From Opitutales bacterium (GTDB lineage Bacteria > Verrucomicrobiota > Verrucomicrobiia > Opitutales > PNEW01), in assembly GCA_965219535.1 (NCBI GenBank), contig CBDCNV010000002.1:1230001-1262000 (forward strand): 32,000 nt of DNA, in the 5' to 3' direction. Below the pieces are notes generated by a model that made no database searches, was not told the origin of the DNA, and saw nothing but the letters and a program-made list of their open reading frames with translations. Each line of letters opens with the position of its first letter. Within the stretch, counting starts at the first letter, position 1. Below, piece after piece: positions 1 through 7,428 of this stretch. A program made the translations under genes and the position numbers.

Positions 1-1
1 T

Positions 2-2929
2 AATTACGGTGGCACCTGGTTAGGTGTTTTAAACAGTCCACATTATCTTAAAGATTTGATTGGAAACCGGTATGGGGGGTCGCCCCTGGTTCGATGGTCT
101 CCTCTCGGTTATCCGATTGTGCCCCACATCGCTAAGGGTTGGAATGTATCACCTGACCGCAAAGAGTGGACTGTTTACCTTCGCAAGGGGATGAAATGGT
201 CTGATGGCCACCCTTTTACCGCGGATGACATTCTCTACCAATGGAAATTTGAATCGAAAATGTCGCTAAAGGCAATAAGCGCAGCGATGAAGATTGCCGG
301 TCACACGGGTGAAATCATAAAAATAGACAGCCATACGGTTAAATTTGTCTTCCCCGTTCCACACGTGTTGTTTCTGGAGCGATTGACGGGTGATTACGGG
401 TTCTGTGTCCCCCGCCATTACCTGGAAAAATATCACCCAGAATTCGGCGATGATGAACTGATTGAAGCCGAGATGAAGGCGAGAGACATTTCCACGCGAC
501 GTGGGCTCTATGCGGAGCTTCAGCTCTTTGACAACGTTCAACATCCCCGACTATGGCCCTGGCTTTATCGCACAAATAAAGCTAATCCTCCAAAATCATA
601 CTTACGCAATCCCTACTACTGGGCGGTCGATACCGAGGGTAATCAACTTCCCTATGTCGACCGTATTTTACTCGATGTTAAAAACGCGGCACTGGTTCCT
701 ATCACCGCCGCAGAAGGAGGTATAACGATGCAGGCGATGAATATTTACCAAAGATATTACACCCTCCTCATGTCACAGCGTGAAGAAAATGATTATGAAG
801 TCTACCACTGGTACGGTAATGAGGTATCCAGTTATGCGCTTTATCCCAATCTGAATCGTTACATCGATCCCGAGGATCCAAGAACAAAAAATAAATGGGA
901 ATTGCTTAATGACAAGCGGTTCCGTAAAGCGCTTTCGCTGGCGATAAACAGGTGGGACATCATTGATGCGATCTATGATGGATGGGGAGAACCGGCGCAA
1001 GACGCGCCCGTTAGAAAATCTTATTTTTATCACGAAGAATTGCAAAAAGGTTATACCAAGTACGATCCCGAACGAGCCAACCGGATATTGGATGAGATAG
1101 GATTAACGGGGCGTGATGCTGAAGGGTATCGTACTTTTGCTGATGGTAGGCGGATGATTTGGAATCTCGAAATTATCCCTAACTTTGCTGAAGGCACGCT
1201 CTCCTTTATCGTCGAGGATTGGAAAAAAGTTGGCATCCATGCCATCGAGCGTCAAATGTCGGTCAATCTCAGAACGGTAATTCACCTTGCGCGAAAATCT
1301 GATTTTCTTATCTGGGGTGGGACGGGATCTAACAATCCACTGCTTAAAGGTGATGGTTTCCTCGGCAGTTCAGCCCAAGCGCTTGGCTATTACGCATGGT
1401 ATAATGATGGTGGACTTTACGGTAACCCCGAGGCGAAAAAAGTAGGCAGGATCGAGCCGCCTCCGGGCCACCCGGTGCGGCGAACGATGGAATTGTTTGA
1501 TGCTTCGCACCAGGCCCTCACCCTTCAAGAGCAGAGGAAGATTATTCGGGAAATCCAGGATATCATGGCTGATGAACGCTGGGTAATTGGCATCTCTACA
1601 GCGTTTCCCAAGCTTGCTATTGTGAAGAATGATTTCAAAAACGTGCCACGTAAACTTTTATATGGTGGTTGGTGGGCACCCTCTCATGGCGGCCCGGAAA
1701 CTTTCTATTTCGAAAACCCGAAAGATTCACTCGGAACAATTGCACAAATAAAAAAAGAAATAATTAAAATCACACCGCGAGGTAATGTCCCGATCAGGGA
1801 TTCACTTGAACGCCGTAATGGAGTTCCGTTTAGCAGGTTTGTTCGCCATCTGATCCTGGGTATATTTACATTGGGACTTATCCTTGCCGGTCTGAGACAT
1901 CCTTATATTGGACGACGCTTATTAATTATGCTGCCCACCCTCCTTTTCATGTCTATTGTTACCTTTACGATCATTCAACTTCCCCCAAGCAATTATATTG
2001 ATATTAAAATTTTAGAGGCGGAAATTTCGGGTGAACAACAACACATTATTGAGGCCGAGCAGCTGCGTGAGTTATTTCCTCTCGATGAACCCATTTTAAA
2101 CCAGTACATGGATTGGTTAGGTCTGCCCTGGTTTTTATCCTATAAATCTGAGGATCGCGGCCTACTTCAAGGGCACCTGGGTTATTCCATGGAGAGCCGG
2201 AGACCGGTCAACGATGTGATTGGTGATCGTATACTGCTAACGGTCCTTATCGCGTTGGGATCTGTCCTGTTTACCTGGGCAGTTGCTCTGCCTATAGGTA
2301 TTTATTCTGCCATACGCCAATATTCAATTGCCGATTACTTTTTCACTTTCCTCGGCTTCATTGGTATGTGCGTACCCAGCTTTCTCCTCGCGCTGTTAAT
2401 CATGTACTGGAGCAAAGTCTATTTCGGTATCAGTATGACCGGGCTCTTTTCACCTGAACACGCCGGTCAGCCGGAATGGACTGCGGGAAAAATAATCGAT
2501 CTATTACAACATATCTGGGTGCCGATTGTGGTATTGGGCGTTGCCGGTACTGCAGGTATGATCCGTGTGATGCGCGGCAATCTACTCGACGAGCTGCGAA
2601 AGCCCTATGTCACGACCGCGATGGCCAAGGGCGTACGTCCATTCAAATTGCTGATTAAATATCCTGTCCGAATCGCGATTAATCCATTTATCTCGGGTAT
2701 AGGTGCGCTTTTCCCGCATCTCGTTTCCGGCGGGGCGATTGTCGCGATGGTGCTCAGCTTACCCACCGTGGGACCGTTGATGTTGGAAGCGCTAATGATG
2801 GAAGATACTTATCTCGCCGGGTCCATGCTTATGATTTTGAGTCTGTTGGGCGTTATGGGTACCCTCGTCAGTGATCTCCTGCTAATGTGGCTGGACCCCC
2901 GGATACGCTTGGAAGGGAGATCGCGGTAA
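2..2929 (+). CDS. ABC importer fusion protein: family-5 (Opp/Dpp/Nik-type) solute-binding domain + one linker TM helix + DppB/OppB-type permease domain; 5' end runs off the window
   Basis: The frame is open from nt 2 (NYGGTWLGVLNSPHYLKDL precedes the tracked Met at 56). The first ~590 aa look like a family-5 SBP (WSDGHPFTADDILYQW and a long alpha/beta body). The last ~350 aa have DppB-like features: TM1 (RRLLIMLPTLLFMSIVTFTII), a long periplasmic loop (GHLGYSMESRRPVNDVIGDR) and the EAA-loop region (TAMAKGVRPFKLLIKYPVRIAINP). No in-frame stop separates the two parts. Confidence 0.8.
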   Translation, partial: NYGGTWLGVLNSPHYLKDLIGNRYGGSPLVRWSPLGYPIVPHIAKGWNVSPDRKEWTVYLRKGMKWSDGHPFTADDILYQWKFESKMSLKAISAAMKIAGHTGEIIKIDSHTVKFVFPVPHVLFLERLTGDYGFCVPRHYLEKYHPEFGDDELIEAEMKARDISTRRGLYAELQLFDNVQHPRLWPWLYRTNKANPPKSYLRNPYYWAVDTEGNQLPYVDRILLDVKNAALVPITAAEGGITMQAMNIYQRYYTLLMSQREENDYEVYHWYGNEVSSYALYPNLNRYIDPEDPRTKNKWELLNDKRFRKALSLAINRWDIIDAIYDGWGEPAQDAPVRKSYFYHEELQKGYTKYDPERANRILDEIGLTGRDAEGYRTFADGRRMIWNLEIIPNFAEGTLSFIVEDWKKVGIHAIERQMSVNLRTVIHLARKSDFLIWGGTGSNNPLLKGDGFLGSSAQALGYYAWYNDGGLYGNPEAKKVGRIEPPPGHPVRRTMELFDASHQALTLQEQRKIIREIQDIMADERWVIGISTAFPKLAIVKNDFKNVPRKLLYGGWWAPSHGGPETFYFENPKDSLGTIAQIKKEIIKITPRGNVPIRDSLERRNGVPFSRFVRHLILGIFTLGLILAGLRHPYIGRRLLIMLPTLLFMSIVTFTIIQLPPSNYIDIKILEAEISGEQQHIIEAEQLRELFPLDEPILNQYMDWLGLPWFLSYKSEDRGLLQGHLGYSMESRRPVNDVIGDRILLTVLIALGSVLFTWAVALPIGIYSAIRQYSIADYFFTFLGFIGMCVPSFLLALLIMYWSKVYFGISMTGLFSPEHAGQPEWTAGKIIDLLQHIWVPIVVLGVAGTAGMIRVMRGNLLDELRKPYVTTAMAKGVRPFKLLIKYPVRIAINPFISGIGALFPHLVSGGAIVAMVLSLPTVGPLMLEALMMEDTYLAGSMLMILSLLGVMGTLVSDLLLMWLDPRIRLEGRSR

Positions 2930-3032
2930 TGCCATGGGTCAAAACGTCAAAAGGTATTACTGCTCTGATGCGTCATTTAAAGAAAGATTAATCCCATTCT
3001 AAGATCGCATTTATATTCTAATCGTCTTCAAC

Positions 3033-3056
3033 TTTTTGACATTTTGACATTTTGAC
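3033..3056. repeat. Octamer short tandem repeat (NTTTTGAC)x3
   Basis: tttttgac attttgac attttgac, read directly. It lies between the convergent ends of the transporter gene and the FAH gene. Confidence 0.9.
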
Positions 3057-3063
3057 TAATCTC

Positions 3064-4815
3064 CTATCTCCTTACTTCCAAAAATCGTGAATCTCTCTGA
3101 TCGTCAAATGTCAAACGCATCGCTGCGCCCCAGGAGGCGTTGACTGATAAAATCTCATTTTTGATTTTAAAGTCTGTGGGAATTTCGAGTTCACGACCCG
3201 CCGCTCCGAGGGAGATGAGGTCACCGGGAAATAGGGTGATCGTCCGGCTGATCATTTCAGTCATCTCTGAAAAACCGAAACGGTAATCAGCTATGCTGTA
3301 ATTGTGTTCCCCAATTCCAGGGAGTGACATCTTTATAGTCTGTGCTGAAAGGTCCTCAATATTTTTATAGGGGAGGGGATCGCCGAGCCTGAAAAATCCG
3401 TCAGCACAAGAACTGAAAAAATATGCTGCACGCATTTCATAGGGGAACGGATCTTTTATCGCGTCTATGAGTGAGGTATCTCTTACCGACACGAGAAGAC
3501 AGATCCTTTCAATACATTCCTCTTCATTAATTTTCCGCCCGTCACTGCCGAGCCCATAGATAAACCCGGGACCGATGATTCCGGCAACCTGGACGGACAA
3601 ACGGATGCTTGTGGAATGAGGGGGAAGGATAATTGGACTGGCATCTTCTTTCAGCGCTGTCGTTGGAAAAAGAATAGGATTTAAACCGGTCACGGGAAGA
3701 CCCGGATCCGATTCGGGATTGTTTCCGCGTTGAACCCAGAGTGAACGGCCCGGTCGTTTCTGCACAGCTTTTGTAGGATCGAGACCGGCAGCGGTAATGT
3801 TTTTAATATAGGGACTCTCATTTACTTCATCCACAGCTTGTCTTCTGACCGTCGTGCGGGATGCACCTACACCCTGTAACTCGACCGCCACCTCGACTGC
3901 TGTTCCCGGTTCATCCATGCTGGGTAAATGCACGCCATCCCAACCCGCTGCTCCCAGACCGACAATCGATCCTGTCGGCAAGGTCATAAATCGAGAGAGG
4001 TAGGTAATCATCCACTCCGCACCGAAGAGATAGGTACCGGTATAAGCCTCATCACAGATTTCTCCGTTTATTTTAGTCCACATCAATTTATCATATACCC
4101 AGGATGCGGCATGAACTTGACGGTAACGATCCGACGCTTGATGTTGTAAACGATTTTCAATTACCTTTTCAAATTCTTCAGCAGTTGTTATCCAGGGACC
4201 CATTCCACCGTTACCATCACCGGTCTTAAAAAGAACGTGCAGACCCTGGTGTTGGTGCATCTCCGACTCAGGTGATGAGTTGTCGATGAATGCTTCATGA
4301 TCACCATTGATAAAGTTGTCATTCAGACAGACTAAACCGGCGATATGCTCCACCGCTTTTTCGGGTGGAACCCGGTAGGCTTCACGGCCGATCACGACAC
4401 CCAGCTCGGCCCCACATGTCAGCGTTGTCCCTGGGTGTATCGGAATTTCCCAACCATCACCGCTGAAGCAACTGTAGGATCTGATCCGCATATAAGGCAA
4501 TCGCGTTACTTCCCACTCTCTGTTCATCTGCCGCTTCCATACAGTTGGATTATTCGCATGATTATAAATATAAAGCGGACAGTGAGGAATGGCGGGAAGC
4601 AGTTTGATTTCACTGCTAGATATCAGCGGAGCACCCTTCATTTCCTCATTGACTCGATCTCTCTCTTCAGGCGACAGACCTAGCAGGTGGAAGATTCTGC
4701 TTTCGGAGTTTAAGCTGCCGATTACCGGGTGATTGTCAAAAACCCGGTAACCCTGATCACCGTCGACCAGCCCACAATCAATTTCTCCATTCCGTACAAA
4801 ACTAGAAATTTTCAA
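3064..4815 (-). CDS. Tandem fumarylacetoacetate-hydrolase (FAH) fold protein (two FAH-like halves)
   Basis: 583 aa with a TTG start at 4815, preceded by AGGAG 7 nt upstream. The N-terminus MKISSFVRNGEIDCGLVDG resembles the usual FAH N-terminal beta domain. Half 1 carries GAELGVVIGREAYRVPPEKAVEHIAGLVCLNDNF and TGSIVGLGAAG. Half 2 carries PILFPTTALK, IRLSVQVAGIIG and PGDLISLGAAG. Confidence 0.65.
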   Translation of the reverse strand: MKISSFVRNGEIDCGLVDGDQGYRVFDNHPVIGSLNSESRIFHLLGLSPEERDRVNEEMKGAPLISSSEIKLLPAIPHCPLYIYNHANNPTVWKRQMNREWEVTRLPYMRIRSYSCFSGDGWEIPIHPGTTLTCGAELGVVIGREAYRVPPEKAVEHIAGLVCLNDNFINGDHEAFIDNSSPESEMHQHQGLHVLFKTGDGNGGMGPWITTAEEFEKVIENRLQHQASDRYRQVHAASWVYDKLMWTKINGEICDEAYTGTYLFGAEWMITYLSRFMTLPTGSIVGLGAAGWDGVHLPSMDEPGTAVEVAVELQGVGASRTTVRRQAVDEVNESPYIKNITAAGLDPTKAVQKRPGRSLWVQRGNNPESDPGLPVTGLNPILFPTTALKEDASPIILPPHSTSIRLSVQVAGIIGPGFIYGLGSDGRKINEEECIERICLLVSVRDTSLIDAIKDPFPYEMRAAYFFSSCADGFFRLGDPLPYKNIEDLSAQTIKMSLPGIGEHNYSIADYRFGFSEMTEMISRTITLFPGDLISLGAAGRELEIPTDFKIKNEILSVNASWGAAMRLTFDDQRDSRFLEVRR

Positions 4816-4880
4816 AATTAATCTCCTATCGAATACCTTAATGATTACTGTATAGCTATTCTTTATTATTCATTCAATCT

Positions 4881-5010
4881 TGTCATTGCGAAGGAGGCGT
4901 AGCCGACTGCGGCTACCGAGCGCAGCGACATCTTCCATTCCAGGGGGCTTACAATATGCGTCCGATATTCCCCTGGATCGCCACGGCTGACATTCAGCCT
5001 CGCGATGACA
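4881..5010. repeat. MITE-like element, D family (TGTCATTGCGAAGG ... CCTCGCGATGACA termini)
   Basis: Terminal inverted repeats tgtcattgcgaagg / cctcgcgatgaca. The interior shares gcggctaccgagcgcagcgacatcttccattccaggg with the reverse complement of 26947-26990. The tracked ORF 4866..5084 is just a translation of this repeat. Confidence 0.8.
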
Positions 5011-5115
5011 AAGAGAATCAATTCGAAACTATAAGGGTTGATTTCATAAACATGTCGTATTTTACTTGGATGGTAATCTGTCACTGATGCAATTTAATTC
5101 ACACGATAATATACG

Positions 5116-6027
5116 ATGACGAGCAAAAAAGATATTCATTTAAAGGGTGGAGTATACACGCTGCTGCTTACACCCTTTAATAAAGATGGGAGTAAATTTG
5201 ATCCTCTTAGCATGAATCGCCAGATTGATTACGTTCTCGATGCGGGAGTAAATGGACTTGTCGCTTGTGGTAAAGCGGGTGAGTTTGAGGGCTTGGACCT
5301 CAATGAAATCGAGCAGGTGATAAGCCACGTAGTTGAACATGTAAATGGTCGGGTTCCTGTAGGCCTGGGAGCGATTTCGGTCGATCTGGATGAAGGGATG
5401 CAAGTGGCGAAGATCGCATCAAGGCAGGGTGCCAGCTTTGCGATGGTTAAAAAGAAGTCCTACCAGGACCTGCAATCCTTCTTTTTAAAAATGGCCGATG
5501 AAATTCCCATTATGCTTTATGACATGACCGACAATGGCAGTCTCGACATACAGAAAGATGTTCTGCCTATCGTTCATTCCTGTGATCGTATCGTGGCGAT
5601 GAAAGTAAGCGGTGATGTCGGTTCATTCGATGCGCTGAAAACGGAGGCATTAACAATTCCCTGTTTGTGCGGGTCTGATATGTACACCTTGATTACTTAT
5701 GGAGCGGGGAGTGACGGGGTCGTCGCGGGGTCTGCCGCGGTTATGCCCGAACGCGAGGTCGCGTTGCACAAATTGGTAAAAGAAGAAAAATGGGAAGATG
5801 CAAGAAACTATTTCGTGGAAAAAATGTTACCGATGATCGCTTATGGGGGACAACTCTTGCCCTATAATTATTCCACGATGAAACATATCCTTAAATGGAA
5901 AGGAATCATTGACCATGTAATCGTCAGGCCCCCGTACCGCGCCGCCTACGATTGGCATTTAAGAGAAGTGGAGGTGCTAGCGCAGAAAATGGAGATTATC
6001 GGTTCCGTTGAGAATGCTTTGGTTTAG
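5116..6027 (+). CDS. DapA/DHDPS-NAL family class I aldolase/lyase (substrate unknown)
   Basis: 303 aa. It has LLTPFNKDG, GVNGLVACGKAGEFEGL at the position of the GxTGE motif, IMLYD at the Tyr motif position, and VAMKVSGD at the Schiff-base Lys position. Confidence 0.8.
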   Translation: MTSKKDIHLKGGVYTLLLTPFNKDGSKFDPLSMNRQIDYVLDAGVNGLVACGKAGEFEGLDLNEIEQVISHVVEHVNGRVPVGLGAISVDLDEGMQVAKIASRQGASFAMVKKKSYQDLQSFFLKMADEIPIMLYDMTDNGSLDIQKDVLPIVHSCDRIVAMKVSGDVGSFDALKTEALTIPCLCGSDMYTLITYGAGSDGVVAGSAAVMPEREVALHKLVKEEKWEDARNYFVEKMLPMIAYGGQLLPYNYSTMKHILKWKGIIDHVIVRPPYRAAYDWHLREVEVLAQKMEIIGSVENALV

Positions 6028-6041
6028 GGATTTGTAACTAT

Positions 6042-6229
6042 CTTCGTCTTCGTCTGTCTCTTCGTCTTCGTCCAGCAAATAAATAGACATTTTTGATTAA
6101 TAATTATTATACCTAAGGTGGAGCGGGCTGTCCCTAGCACGCTTCTTCAATTACAACTGAATCAAACGCGCTGGGACAGCGCGTTCCAACATGATACTGT
6201 AGTAAATAACTGCGGGACAAAGACGAAGC
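6042..6229. repeat. Composite hairpin module M1: (CTTCGT)n array - A element - inverted (ACGAAG) remnant
   Basis: cttcgt cttcgt ctgtct cttcgt cttcgt at 6042-6071, the A element at 6117-6190, and agacgaag at 6221-6228. It lies between convergent gene ends. Confidence 0.7.
6117..6190 (+). repeat. A-family palindromic element (copy A1, slightly degenerate right arm)
   Basis: ggtggagcgggctgtccctagcacgc - loop - aacgcgctgggacagcgcgttccaac. It starts 90 nt downstream of the stop at 6027. Confidence 0.85.
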
Positions 6230-6254
6230 TTTGATCCAAAATCATACCGCCCTC

Positions 6255-7427
6255 TCACGCCCGGTTTCCATCTCCCCATGCTGAGCTGAGGGGTTCACCC
6301 TCGAGAAAGCGATTCGGCCGGAGAGCACGGATATCTATTTGCGGTGTGTCGCCGGCAATAATGTCGGCAAGACATTCACCGATAGGAGGTGAAAGTTTGA
6401 AGCAATGACCGCAGCCGCCAAAAAAAGCATAATACCCTTCGAGACCGGGTTCCGCCCCGACCAGGGGATGCCAGTCGTCGGTGATAGTGTAGATTGATGC
6501 CCATCCGCGTACATAGCTTGCCTTGCGAAGGGCGGGTATCCGCTTAAATAACACAGCTTCAATTCGAGCGCGTGAATCTTCGTCAAGGTTTGGGTCGTAC
6601 TCGTCGATATTGAGGGGTTCGATCTCTTTGGGCCAACCGAGACCGGCTAAAATCTCATCTCTGCCGTTCGGGCGAAGATACATTCTTAGTTCGGAGTCTG
6701 AAAGGACCGGAATAAGACCGAAGTCAGCAGGTGTTTTCAGGATCATGTCTGTTTCCCTGCTCCAGCGTATGGAGTTGTTTATGCCTGCCATAAATCCAAC
6801 TTGTCGACCCCAGGGTCCGGCTGCGTTCACGATAACTTTTGCCTCGATCGTTTCACCAGTCTCGAGAACGACTCCGCTTACGCGATCACCTTGAAGTCGA
6901 ATCTCGCTGACGCCAACTCCTTCGTAAGCTTTCAGTCTCCACTCCGCTGCCCGTTCGACGAGCGAGCGGGTCGTTTTCACCGGATTGGCATACCCTGATC
7001 GACGCTCGTATAATCCTCCGACGACACCGTCGAGATCAATTTGTGGTGCGAGTTCACTAATCACTCCCGTCGAAATATTTTCGATTTCGACACCGTATTT
7101 CTTCTGCATCTCAAGGACGTGTTTCCCGGGTGCAGCATTTTTTTCACCAAAAACCGTGAGAAATCCCACCTGTTGAAACCCGCAATCCCCTCCGAGTTCT
7201 TCACGGTCATTTTCAAACATCTGTACCGCGCGCCAGGCAAGTTGGACTGTTACCGGGTTGGAGTAGTAAGTCCGGACATGTGCTGCCGAGTGACCGGTGC
7301 TGACAGCAGCCAGGTTCCGCTTTTCAAATAACAGTATTTTACCAAAACCTTTTTTCGCGAGGAAATGTCCGATACTGGCTCCCATAATGCCACCGCCAAT
7401 CACTACTGCATCGGCTGTATTCTCCAT
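6255..7427 (-). CDS. FAD-dependent oxidoreductase, DAO / sarcosine-oxidase-beta-like family
   Basis: 390 aa. The N-terminal dinucleotide-binding motif is VVIGGGIMGASIGHFLAKKG...LFEK. Its ATG lies 1 nt after the stop of the upstream hydantoinase A gene, so it is the third gene of the operon. Confidence 0.85.
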   Translation of the reverse strand: MENTADAVVIGGGIMGASIGHFLAKKGFGKILLFEKRNLAAVSTGHSAAHVRTYYSNPVTVQLAWRAVQMFENDREELGGDCGFQQVGFLTVFGEKNAAPGKHVLEMQKKYGVEIENISTGVISELAPQIDLDGVVGGLYERRSGYANPVKTTRSLVERAAEWRLKAYEGVGVSEIRLQGDRVSGVVLETGETIEAKVIVNAAGPWGRQVGFMAGINNSIRWSRETDMILKTPADFGLIPVLSDSELRMYLRPNGRDEILAGLGWPKEIEPLNIDEYDPNLDEDSRARIEAVLFKRIPALRKASYVRGWASIYTITDDWHPLVGAEPGLEGYYAFFGGCGHCFKLSPPIGECLADIIAGDTPQIDIRALRPNRFLEGEPLSSAWGDGNRA

Positions 7428-7428
7428 T

